Source of the DNA: Reclinomonas americana ATCC 50394
Taxonomy: Eukaryota
Assembly (NCBI GenBank): GCA_048213135.1
Contig: PS015221.1
Span: 22,782 to 66,016, forward strand
Direction of reading: 5' to 3'
DNA: 43,235 bases
A program made the position numbers and the translations under genes. The notes beneath the pieces are model-generated. The model made no database searches. It was not told the origin of the DNA and was given only the letters and a program-made list of their open reading frames with translations. This document shows, in pieces, positions 26,501-38,049 of the stretch; within the stretch, counting starts at the first letter, position 1; each line of letters begins with the position of its first letter.

Positions 26501-27867
26501 GAACGCGCCGACTGGCTGCGACGTTCCGTCGTGTCGAGGCGAAGCTGAGCTTGCGCGGCGCCGGCACGCATTCGCCGCCGAATGGTCATGGGGACGGCCA
26601 CGTCGGGAGGCGGTCGCTTGGTGGTCATTGGCGGCGACGGCATGTTGACAACTGGCCGCACGGCATGCAGGCCCTCGCGGGCCGGAGACATTGTAGTTGA
26701 TGGTGGTGGTGGTGGCTGCTTGGCCAGCGGCCACAAAAGACGAGGAACTGGGCTGGCAGGCAGCTGCGCATTGTCTGGTGCCCACACCTTGTTGGGTGAG
26801 CAGTTTGCGGTCTCCGGCGAGCGAGCTGGTGAACGCGCCGCCGATTGTGCCTGCCGCCAGTCCTCCACAAAGCTGTCGTTGAAATACTCCTCGGGATCGT
26901 CGACATAGTCCACCAGTACGCCGGGCAGGCGATCCAAGTCGCTCGTCTCGAAGATAAAGTCTTCGTCCGCCAGTGGCAAGTGCGAGTGGACCGGACTCGA
27001 TCCACGGCTGCCACCTCGACTGTCGCCCGACTGTGGAGGGGAGTGAGGACAGACAGTTGTGTAAGTTGAAATTCTTACCAACGACGACGAAACAATGTGC
27101 GTGCTTCGGGAGCTTGAATGCTTCAAAGGAAGCGGCGGCTGCTGTTGTTGTGCGCCCACGCCACGATCGCCGCCAGTTGTCGTTGTTGTTGTCAGCGACC
27201 AGCACTTGGGCACGAGCTTGGACAGGGCGCTGCTCTCAAACTGCATCTCGCGATTGTCGCCGGCCGACACTGGCCGTGAGGCGACCTTTGCAGGCGCAGC
27301 GGCAGCACTTCGCACGCCACTCGTTCCGTGCGAGCGCGGCACCAGGTCGACAGATGGTGGCCAGTTGAACGATTCTTGGCTACTGACGAGCTGCAGGTCG
27401 CTTGTGGAGGCCACCGAGGCTGGCGCGTAGCGCTTGTTGCTGGCCGATTCCGGTCGCTGGTGAGTGGCCGACCTGGGTCGCTGCAGCGATGCCGACAGTG
27501 GCCGCATGGGCGACTTGCTGCGACTCAACAATCCGCGCTCCTCCGCACGTCGCAGCACCTCGGTCACCGAATGCGCAAAGCAGAACGGCACAGGCTGGCC
27601 ACCGCGGCGGCTGCTGCCCTGAGTCGCTGGTCGCTGCGTTCGGCCGCCAGCTGCTCTCGCCACCGTTGCAGCGGCCGCCATGACGGTTGCTGGCGGTGGC
27701 ACAAACGACGGCATGAGGCGCGACGCGGGTGCACGAGGTGTCACCAGCAGCGCCGGCAGCTGCATAAGCGAGACGCGTGACGCATCGCGTGGGGGCGACG
27801 AGGAGGGTGGCGAGGCCGGTGCCGAAACACTCGTTGGGAGTGTTCGCCCTACGGCCAAGTGTTCCAT
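17570..27867 (-). CDS. Giant soluble adenylyl cyclase (class III, sAC/ADCY10-like): long disordered N-terminus, two cyclase domains, STAND-like NTPase region, helical C-terminus
   Basis: C1: AFLPRIV...LLDISG|FTALAE, GGDVLYFVGDAM, IHMGIGYG. C2: ELRNVSVVFI, FADEKG, SLGVCVGVAYTGRVG, DFTLLGDVVNTAARLM. These are followed by VGRE, the P-loop-like GPMGSGLQT and the Walker-B-like LSVENAHNLDEAS. The start is inferred from the first ATG of the long ORF. Confidence 0.9.
25185..25402 (-). repeat. Degenerate coding tandem repeat (about 51-54 bp period) encoding EE(G/A)RARRPS(F/L)A
   Basis: The plus-strand core GACGGTCG recurs near 25226, 25282, 25331 and 25386. Confidence 0.85.
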
Positions 27868-28359
27868 CGACACCGCACCTCGACTCAAGTCGCTGCTGGC
27901 ACACAGCAAACACACACACACACACACCAAGAAACGAAACAAGCGTGAGTTTTAAGCGACAGTGGCCTCTGATAGGTCAGAATATTGCGACAAGTAGTGT
28001 GGCCGTTGCAAGCAATACTGTGTGCCCACAGTGTCAATTCGTGCGTGCAAGAGTGCGTGCGCGTGTGTGTGTCTGCGCTCCACGTCTGCGTGCTCTGCCT
28101 CTCTACCACACGCGCACTCGTCCTGTCTCACACTGCCTGTGGCTCTGGTGGAGAAAAAATGTGCCTTCTGTGTCAAATACAGCATACCTTTTCTCGATGT
28201 TTTCAAGAAAACGAAGTGGACAGTTTGCGGTGTTTGTCATCTGTCCACGTTACATAAACCGCGGGCTTTGTGTAAACAGGCGACACCATGTGTTCGTCCC
28301 CTCCGTTGCCCTCGATCGCCCCACCGACGCCATCTTTCACTCACCTCTTCCGAGCGCAG

Positions 28360-31300
28360 ATGACGACGACGGCGGCGACGACGATGATGACTGCGGCAGC
28401 AGCAGCCAGGGGTCGATTGTGGTGATCCGTGCCGCAGCCCCTGCCACCGCCACCCACCATTCCTCCGGCATTCGCCGTGCCAGTGTCATGGCGTACTACG
28501 ACGAGGACTGGTGGGACGACGACGACGACGATGGAGCGGCGGCGGCGGCGGCGGCGGCAGCGGAAGCCGCGGAGTCCGCCAGGTTACAGGAGGAGGCGGA
28601 GGCGGCGGCGCGACGTGTGTGCGCCGATGTNNNNNNNNNNNNNNNNNNNNNNNNAGGAAGTTTGCCGACCGCACGAGTGTAATGTGCACAGTATCGCAAG
28701 GTGTGTGACGACGCGGGCAAGGCCAGCAAGGTCGGCGATCTGCACAGTGTGTTGCAGCAGGTGGACGACACGAATGAGGCGGCTGCTGCTGCCGCCGCCG
28801 CTGCCACGGCAGCAGCTGAGGCGGCCGAGGCAGAGCAAGAACGGAGATTCGCATTATCGTCACCGACTGCGTCTGGCACGACCACCGCCGCCCCTCGCAA
28901 TCGGTCAGTGGCACCGGCGCGCAAGTCACTGCCTACCTCGCTTCGCGGTCAGAGTGGGAGTGTCTTGGCCGACAATGATGTACCGGAGAACTCGATCGCC
29001 GTCCACGATACGGACGGCGTCGGCAGCCGACCACCGGCCGCCCAGCGTTCATCTCCACATGCCGTGTCGGCTGCGACTGCCGGCTCCTACTCTTCTCCCC
29101 AGCCACACGACACGTACACTGAGGTGCCACCGCGCCACACGTGGGACAGTCGATACGGTACGTTGCGCAGTGGAGCGGCGCTTCTCTCATTTGCAGTGAT
29201 ATTCATTGTGGCTTGGCGGCAGACACGAGCGATGCGCCCGACCCGCGGCAACTGCAGTACGACATGGAGCGTGGCGGCCGCGGTGGTGGTGGTGGCAGTC
29301 CCGGCGGTGTTGGAGAGGGGGCGATGCTTGCTGCAGGAGCAGCAGCGGCTGCCCCGTACGGTGGCTCCCGACATGCCAGTGCACCCGACACGGCGCACTG
29401 GGGAGCGGCCGTGGATCAGGAGGCACAGTTCNNNNNNNNNNNNNNNNNNNNNNNNNNNNNNNNNNNNNNNNNNNNNNNNNNNNNNNNNNNNNNNNNNNNN
29501 NNNNNNNNNNNNNNNNNNNNNNNNNNNNNNNNNNNNNNNNNNNNNNNNNNNNNNNNNNNNNNNNNNNNNNNNNNNNNNNNNNNNNNNNNNNNNNNNNNNN
29601 NNNNNNNNNNNNNNNNNNNNNNNNNNNNNNNNNNNNNNNNNNNNNNNNNNNNNNNNNNNNNNNNNNNNNNNNNNNNNNNNNNNNNNNNNNNNNNNNNNNN
29701 NNNNNNNNNNNNNNNNNNNNNNNNNNNNNNNNNNNNNNNNNNNNNNNNNNNNNNNNNNNNNNNNNNNNNNNNNNNNNNNNNNNNNNNNNNNNNNNNNNNN
29801 NNNNNNNNNNNNNNNNNNNNNNNNNNNNNNNNNNNNNNNNNNNNNNNNNNNNNNNNNNNNNNNNNNNNNNNNNNNNNNNNNNNNNNNNNNNNNNNNNNNN
29901 NNNNNNNNNNNNNNNNNNNNNNNNNNNNNNNNNNNNNNNNNNNNNNNNNNNNNNNNNNNNNNNNNNNNNNNNNNNNNNNNNNNNNNNNNNNNNNNNNNNN
30001 NNNNNNNNNNNNNNNNNNNNNNNNNNNNNNNNNNNNNNNNNNNNNNNNNNNNNNNNNNNNNNNNNNNNNNNNNNNNNNNNNNNNNNNNNNNNNNNNNNNN
30101 NNNNNNNNNNNNNNNNNNNNNNNNNNNNNNNNNNNNNNNNNNNNNNNNNNNNNNNNNNNNNNNNNNNNNNNNNNNNNNNNNNNNNNNNNNNNNNNNNNNN
30201 NNNNNNNNNNNNNNNNNNNNNNNNNNNNNNNNNNNNNNNNNNNNNNNNNNNNNNNNNNNNNNNNNNNNNNNNNNNNNNNNNNNNNNNNNNNNNNNNNNNN
30301 NNNNNNNNNNNNNNNNNNNNNNNNNNNNNNNNNNNNNNNNNNNNGGAACTGATCGAGGAGGATGTGGAGCAGGTGCGTGACAGCTGCCGGCACCTTCGTT
30401 TTTTTTGTCTCGATACAAGCTCATTGATTGGCCGCCACCGCAGTTGGCCAACGCCCCCCTGTGGGAGGACAAGCAGTCGCGACAGCGACCACTGCCGAAG
30501 CGCCCGTTGCGTCCATGATCTTCCTTCCCACCTGTCGCGCACTAGTTGGCGACTGATCCAGATTCACACAGACCAACGCGCTTTGCACTGTTTGAACGCC
30601 TGAGCAAGCGAGCTCAGGAAACGGTTTCGTATTCTTCGCGTGCGATACAGTCTGTTCGTCGACTCACTCCCTCTCTCTCCACCAACACAGCTGAAGCGCA
30701 TCGAGGGCAAGAAAGAGGAACTTCGACTGGAACGGGAGCGCTCGTTGCTGCTGACGATGAACGCTGCCACGGCTGCGGCTACGCCCCTGTTGGATGCATC
30801 GCCGCCGTCGGTTCTCGCACGACAGATTGTCACGCCTCCGGGACGGGTTCGTGCATCAGGAGTGTTTGTATCGCCTTTTCATTCGCACCTGTCTCACCAC
30901 CCCACGCCGCACACAGCCCTTCAGTCGAAGTGCTCCACCCCTGCAGCAGCAACCTCAGCAACCGCAGCGCAGCCCGTCGCCGCTGGCGCAAAGCGTGCAA
31001 GCCGCAGTGGCATTCCACAGCGCCCCGCATTCGTGGTCCCTCCCGCAGCGAACTGCCGGTCCGCTGCACGCTTCGGACAGGCTGCCGACCACCGTGATGA
31101 CGGCGCTGGCTCGCGTGGCCGGTCACCGTGAGCACCGCAGTATGTCTGCGCCGCCACCTCCCACCGATTCTGTCGGTACTGCCTCGCCACCGCCATTCTC
31201 CTCGCCATCCGACGGTAGCACGGCTGCTACTGGCGGTGGCGGTGGCGCTGGTGGCAGTCCACTCCTCTCACCCGCCAAGCGCACCCGTCGACAGAGCCAC

Positions 31301-31531
31301 GGTGCTTCGTCCATGCGCTCGCCGCCGTCACCGCTGCTGCCAGTGGCGCGTGCATCGACGCCAGCCGCCGGTGCCATGAGCAGTGCGTGGCGGACGCCGC
31401 CGTCTTCAGCTGCCGGCGGTGGTCAGGCGCTGCCGAGTGTTCCACTTCGTCGAGACGTGGTTACGGCGGCCGGCAACCGGCTGCAGAGCACGACCGACGG
31501 ATCTGGGCGCCGTGCTGCAACACCGTGGTGA
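28360..31531 (+). CDS. Unknown low-complexity (Asp/Ala/Ser/Pro-rich) protein with short coiled-coil; interrupted by two gaps
   Basis: Long open frames with poly-Asp/poly-Ala, spliced exons ELIEEDVEQ|...ERLSKRAQET|LKRIEGKKEELRLERER, and TGA at 31529-31531. The start is uncertain (ATG 28488 or upstream). Confidence 0.5.
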
Positions 31532-31555
31532 GGAAAAAATGTAATGTTGTTACAA

Positions 31556-32276
31556 TTACTGTTGTTGCTGTTGTTGGTGACCATGCACGCGACGCCATGC
31601 ACGGCGCCACCAAGACACGGGCTGCTGCGCGCGACGATAGGCCTCCATGTCGCCCCAAAAGCCCGTCAACTTCTTGCGCGCCCGATTCTCCGCGGCTGTG
31701 TACGCTTTCTGCACCGACGGCGGCAGGCACGTCCACTCGTCGCCCGTCGCCGTTCGAGCCACGCCCATTCGCAGCAGATCGAGCGCCACATCACCGCGCC
31801 CGAAAACCTGCACCCCATATCTCTCTTGCTTAAGCAACACCACGAAGAAGGCACGAGAAAGAAAGAGCAGACCTTGCGATACAACAAGCGACCAATCACT
31901 GGTCCATCGTCCACTGTTTCCGTCGTGGGACCACGCATCACTTGCAACCAGGTCTCGGATCGGCGAGCGCTCAGTCGATGCACCGCCAGCTGCACCTCAC
32001 TTGTCCGCATCGCTCTCATCGCCGGCGGCATCTCCTCCACCGACGACACTCCAGCCAGCCGAACCACCATCGCCTCCTCGCCCGTCGACACAGCACCCTG
32101 CCATTGCCGCCAAAAGCGAGTCCACGCCGGTGGAGTGTGCACCACTCGACACACAAACTCGCGAGTGGGCGACACGCCAACATATTCGCACGGAATCGTC
32201 AGTCGCTGCGCGTAGTCCGCGGCGGCAAAGTCCGCGGCGCTCTTGAGTTGCACAAACTGCGAGCGCGGGCGATGAG

Positions 32277-32319
<43 letters not shown>

Positions 32320-32536
32320 GTACGCGAGTGTTGGCGAGCAGAAAAGAGACCTGTCGTCGCAGTTGTCGTCGATACAAGATTGCCAGTCCGACGGTGAGTG
32401 CGCCCGTCGACAGCCATCGCACAGCGCGCTGGTGGTTGTCTGCGAGAGCGACAAAGAATCACTCAAAGAAGGTACCGACACACGTGCTTGCTGGCGTGAC
32501 GCAACCGAGCCACACTGTCAACGCGTCCACGACCAT
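31556..32536 (-). CDS. C3orf33-like protein (membrane anchor + degenerate SNase/thermonuclease fold)
   Basis: MVVDALTVWL|DNHQRAVRWLSTGALTVGLAILYRR resembles, from memory, the human C3orf33 N-terminus (WADDHLRLVRNISTG). Downstream motifs are VVHTPP, VVRLAGV, DVALDLLRMGVA and AAENRARKKLTGFW. Confidence 0.8.
32280..32317. repeat. Intronic (CA)n microsatellite; similar tracts at about 7884, 9556 and 35395
   Basis: Directly visible. Confidence 0.9.
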
Positions 32537-32579
32537 TCGAGCAGAGAGGACAGAGACGAACAACAGGACCGTACGGAGA
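32537..32579. promoter_or_regulatory. 43-bp spacer between divergent start codons (putative bidirectional promoter)
   Basis: Lies between ATG 32536 (-) and ATG 32580 (+). Confidence 0.55.
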
Positions 32580-34427
32580 ATGCAGCGGCTTGTGGCGAGT
32601 GCGCTGTGTCGCCCTCTGTCGCTCACACGTCGCGTCTTCTCCTCTGCTGCTGGTCAGTGCTTGCGTGTGTGTGTGATATGACACGCTGCAGCTGACTGAT
32701 TGCTGCTGTCAGTGGAGAGCGATGCATCGTGGGAGATTCGGCCGCAGCTCGATCTCAAGAGTCTGTGTGAACGCGCCGAGCAGATGCAGCAGAATGCTCG
32801 CAATCGAGCAGTGCAGGTCGATGTCGCAGCTGTGGTTGGTGGGTGCTGCAATGCATGTGCATCCTCCGCGCATGCAGGCGACTGACTGATGAATGATCGC
32901 GCCCAGGCATGTACGATGAGTGGCGCACGCTGCAGAAGAAGCTGGATGCGTGGCGACATGAACGCAAGCTGGTGCGTACCACTGATGACTTTGTGGTTTC
33001 CCGTGGCGTGCGACTGAGCATGTGTCGCCCAGAATGCAAATGCTGTGCATGCATGCAAGGAGGCGAGTGAACGGCAGGCATTGGTGGCCGCCGGAAAGCA
33101 GCTGAAGCAGTCGACTAGCGAGGCTGAGGCTGCTGCGGAGCTGGTACGTGTGCAGTCGCTGTCGCAGCCGGGGAGGGCTTCGCTGAGTTTTGTTGCAGCT
33201 GTACGGGCGAATGATGGAGGCTGCGCTGAGAGTGCCGAATGACACGCACCCCGACAGTCCGATTGGTAGTGAGGACCAGGCGCGACAGGTGAAGCTGCAT
33301 GGAGGTGAGCTTCGAAGGGAAAGAGGGGCATCGATGCTGCTGCAGACTCACATGTGGGTACGCAGTGCCACCTGTGTTCGCGCAAGGACCACCGCTGGAT
33401 CACGTAAAGATAGGCACCGCGTGTGACCTGTTCGACTTTACGCAGGCCAGTCAATGCACTGGCTCGCGATTCTATTACTTGAAGAACGAAGCCGCGATGC
33501 TTGAATTCGCATTGGTGCAGTACGCGCTCGCCAAGTTGCGTCAATGAGCGCGCTCATGATGATGTGCTGCGCGCTGCTGCTCATCCGCGTGTCGGCAGAC
33601 TGATACCACGAGGCTTCACTCCAATCATCACGCCGGACTTGGCGCGCCACCAGGTGGTGTCCGCCTGTGGTTTCCAACCACGTGGTGCCGCCTCGCAAGT
33701 GTACTCGATCCGCGACAGCGATTTGTGTCTGGTCGGCACGTCGGAGATCACACTGGCCGGTCTCCTGGCCGGTCGTCTGCTGGACGCCTCGGAGCTGCCG
33801 CTGCGCTTTGTCGGCGTATCGCACTGCTTCCGACAAGAGACTGGCACTGGTGGCGCTCAAGTGCGCGGCCTCTACCGTGTGCACCAGTTCACCAAAGTCG
33901 AAATGTTCGCCGTCTGTGCGCCCGCTCAGAGCGACGCGCTCCTCGAGGAGATCCGGTCGACGCAGGAGTCGATTTTTGCCGATCTCGGACTGCATTTCCG
34001 CACGCTGGACATGCCAACGGAAGAACTCGGTGCGTCGGCGTACCGCAAATACGACGTGGAAGCGTGGATGCCGGGGCGCGGCGGCTTTGGCGAGGTCAGC
34101 AGCAGCTCAAACTGCACCGATTTCCAGGCTCGGCGCCTGGCCATTCGTATTCGCGATGGCAAGAACAATACGTATGCCCACACACTGAACGGAACGGCTG
34201 TGGCTGTGCCACGCACCATTGTGGCACTGCTGGAGACACATCAGGATCCCGACGGTTCCGGATGTGTCAAGGTGTGGTGGGCGCGCGCAGGCCCGAAAGT
34301 CGATTGTTGCTCACTGGCCGGTGCACCACAGATTCCGGACTCGCTGCTGCCCTTCATGGCCGTGAAGCCGGCGGATGGCGTGATCCGGCCGCGGGTGTCG
34401 TCAGCTGAGGTTGCCAACAAAAAGTAG
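32580..34427 (+). CDS. SARS2: Seryl-tRNA synthetase, mitochondrial type
   Basis: Targeting peptide MQRLVASALCRPLSLTRRVFSS, followed by RVPNDTHP, GSRFYYLKN, LVGTSEI, CFRQETG, GLYRVHQFTKVEMF, ELGASAYRKYDVEAWMP, EVSSSSNCTDFQARRL and HTLNGTAVAVPR. Confidence 0.96.
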
Positions 34428-34494
34428 GTTGTCGAGACAGCTTGCATAGAGTGAATATTATTGTGCACAACATTCGTCAGCGTTCCATCGCAGC

Positions 34495-34563
34495 GAGAGA
34501 GGGAAGAGATAGAGAGAGAAGAGAGAGAGAGAGAGAGAGAAGAGAGAGAAGAGAGAGAGAGAG
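34495..34563. repeat. GA-rich tract between the SerRS stop and the Pol X start
   Basis: Directly visible, immediately 5' of ATG 34569. Confidence 0.9.
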
Positions 34564-34568
34564 GAACA

Positions 34569-35392
34569 ATGAGTGGAGGAATGTCATCGCTTCCAGAGAC
34601 AAGTGAGGAATGTCGAGAATCTTTGAGTTCTTCCTCTCTCGGTCGGCGACGCGCATTCCATGTGGCACCCAGTGCCTTTGCGCCCGTGTCCAAGCGTCGT
34701 CGCCTGCGACACGATGAAGGTGCGTTTCCCTCTAGTTGGTGGTGGTCTGTCTCGTTGATTCTGGAACTGACATGCACGCTTCTCAATCAAGGTGTCGCAA
34801 CACATGGTCAGCCTCTGCTTCCGGTACAGCGTGAGTTGTACGATGCCGACGAGCTCAGTGTCACCTTTCGACTCGAGGCCGTGCAACTCTGCACATCACC
34901 GCCCTTCCGTAGGTGAGCAATCGGCACCAATCGAGAGGCATCTGCAGAGTGACTGATGTGTCGTCGACTGCCAGGTTCTTGGAGCGGCTGGTCGTGGCAC
35001 GCAACAAAGCCTCCACCGTCCCTTCTAGCCGCCAAGTGGTCGATCTGACGCATATCGACGACGACGACGACGACGACGATCAGCGACGTGGGAAGAAACT
35101 GGAGGTGCCCGAGGTCGCCGCGATGGTACTGGATCGACCAGAGGTCATGTTTGCGGGCGCTCGTGTGGCCATCATTCTCGGTGAGAAGATGCGAGCGATC
35201 AAGGCGGGCATGGTGCGCGACGCGATCGTCAAACGCGGCGGATCGGTGGTCGATAAAGACGACACTGTGGACAGTGAGACCACCGATGTGATTAGCGGCG
35301 TTGAGGATCCTGCCCGGCTGCTCCGGCGGTTTGGGTGGGTCGACGTACCGGTGAGGCTGTTAATGCGCGTGCATACGTGTTTCGTGTCTTTG

Positions 35393-35427
<35 letters not shown>

Positions 35428-38036
35428 CACTGTTGGAGGAGCAGCCAGGGATCAACATTAGGCCTGCCGACTGGGTGGCCGACAGCATTCGCCGTGGTAG
35501 CGCTGCACCCGACACGCTGAATGCGGTGGTGGAGGCCGGCGCCCGACAGGCTGCGTACGCTGCTTCGTCGGACGCTCGAACCAGCGTGGGGCGTGACATG
35601 ACACTGTCGCACACTCCCCACGCGGGCGCCGTGACTCTGGCGGAGCGGCGACGTCGAGCGGTGCGTGCGCTCTCACCACATGTCGATCGTTTCTCCCCGT
35701 GCACGTTGTGACTGTTACATCCTCGCAGAAGAACCATCAGCGTCGCCGGCGGCTCAGCAGAGACTCGCAAGGAGTCTTCGAGGAGACTGCGTACGAGAGC
35801 CCTGACGAAGAGTCGATCAGGCAGGCCCGGTCGAGGACGAGCAGGGCCGTACTACCGACGCTGGACGAGTGGTTGGCATCGTGCACGTCGCCGGAAACTT
35901 CAACATCGACAACGACGACTACAACCACCAGCGCGACCTCGGATCCGCCACTTCCAGCTGCGGGTGACAGTGGCAGCATGCTGCGCGACCCCATCCAAAC
36001 GCTGCTGAGTTTGCGTAGCCGACTGGGCGAAGCCGATGTGCTGTCGGAGGAGGATCGGCGCGAGTTGGAGCGTGAGGCACGTCCCACGATTCTTCTTCTT
36101 CTTATCCCGACTCGCTGCGTGATGTGTTCTTCTCTCGACTCATGTGAGGTGTTCTTGGCAGTTCTCTGGTGTGCGCTCCTCACTCGCATCCGAGTTGCGC
36201 GCCGGCCCGCGGTCGGAGAGAATGCTCGAGTCATTCGAGAATCAGCGGCGTGCAACCGATCCGGTGGTACGCAGCGTTGGATGAGAGTGCATCCGTTCAT
36301 CTCGAACTCTCTCCCTCACCTTGCACCGCACAGTGTGCTTCCAATCGACCACTCATCCAAGAGCTGCTCGACTACGCCGATGCCAATGCAATGGTTTCAT
36401 GATGGCTGTACACGTCCGAGTGCTTGAGTTGGCCTGTTCATGTGTGCCCCTCGATTGCAGGCTGGTGACGAGTGGCGCGTGCTGTCGTACCGACGCGCTG
36501 CGGCAACCATTGCGTCGCTGCCACATGAGGTATGCACGAACTAGCTCAGAGAGTGGCGAGACCACAAGCTGACTGCGCCTCGCAGGTGACACGGGCGTCA
36601 CAGTTAAAGGGCATTCCGGGATTCGGACCGCGCACGCTGGACCGCATTGACCAGTTTCTCAAGGTGTGCACAGGAGATGGCTGTCGTGTGTGTGTGTTCA
36701 ATCACCTACGATGCTGCTGCTCTTCGTGGACAGATCGGACACATTCCGCGCAAGGAGGCTCTTGTGTCGCAAGAACACAATCAAGTGGTCGATCTCTTTC
36801 GCGGCATCTGGGGCGTCGGCTTCGAGACGGCTCGTGCCTGGTACCAGGCCGGATACCGGACACTGGACGACGTGCGGGAGCGTGCCAGCCTCACACCAGC
36901 ACAGCTCGTCTCTCTGCGCTACTGTGAGGATGCCAAGCAGCGGATTCCGCGTGATGAGGTGCGCCAGATTGAACAAATTGTACGCGAGGAGGCGCAGAAG
37001 CTGTATCCGGAGCTTGTCGTGTGCGCCTGCGGCTCCTACCGCCGTGGCTCGGTGCGTGCTTACTCACTCTCTGGAGTGCACGAAGCTGCCTCGCTGACGC
37101 TCCCTCGCGCAGTCGTCGTCGAGTGACATTGATATGATTGTGTCGTTCGATCCGGCGGCACGCGACCCCACACCAGTCTATCCGCCAACACTCGGCATTC
37201 TGCGGCGTCTCGTCGACGCACTGCACGCACGAGGCCTCTTGACGGATGACTTGAGCATGAGCCACGGACGTGAAGAGGTTGTGATGCAGCTCTGACAACG
37301 CGCCTCCGGTTTTCCCCTTTTGCTTACGTGTTCGAGGCAGGGTGAAAGTGAGACTTATCTCGGATGGTGCAAACTGCCGGAGGGTGGCGAGTGGCACCGT
37401 CGGATCGATATCAAAGGTGAGCTGTTGTTATGTGTAGATTGAAGACACTGATGGATATCTCACCACCGGCCCAGTGTATCCGCCCGACCGCCTCCCCTTT
37501 GCCTTGTTGTACTTTACGGGGTCAGGCATGTTCAACCGGCTGATGCGACTGTGTGCGTATGCTTGTTGTATATGCATGTCGTCCATTGGCAGCAACTCAC
37601 TGTCCTCCCTGCAGACTGTCACGTGAATGTGCGTTCTCGAGTTGTCCTCTTGACTCGATTTTTGATTAATCTCACCTTTGATTCGGGAGACAGGGCTGGC
37701 ACTTGAACGACAAGTGCGTGTGTGTGCTCTTTACCCCCTGCTTCATCCCTGTTCTGTCTCATCATTCGTACTCTCAGGGGTCTTGTTCGAGTGCGTGATG
37801 ATGCTATGTGCTGCCACCACTGAAATCGAATCAAGATAACACACATTTGCTGCGCAGCGCTACAAGGACTCGAATGGCGACAAGGTGTTTGACGGCCCCA
37901 AGGTGCCATGCCGCACCGAGGAAGAGATCTTTCAGTTACGCGCAATCACGCATGCTGCTGGCAGGCACGTGCAGCTGACTGTTATTGCAGTGCCCTTGGC
38001 TTCGAGTACCGACCACCAGAACAGCGAACATTGTGA
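34569..38036 (+). CDS. Family X DNA polymerase with N-terminal BRCT domain (Pol lambda-like)
   Basis: BRCT (IVKRGGSVV...ADWVADSI), 8-kDa domain (GDEWRVLSYRRAA, IPGFGPR), IWGVG HhH, GSYRRG..SDID, RRIDIK, LLYFTGS..FNR.MR and TEEEIFHALGFEYRPPEQR. An NLS-like KRRR lies near the N-terminus. Confidence 0.93.
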
Positions 38037-38049
38037 GTCGACTGATTTA

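Noticed and set aside
25163-27955. Plus-strand ORFs antisense to the cyclase (e.g. ANDGRR repeats)
   Set aside because: They are shadows of a GC-rich coding strand with no independent motifs.
501-30603. Long ORFs containing X runs in the ORF track
   Set aside because: They are artefacts of translating through N-gaps.
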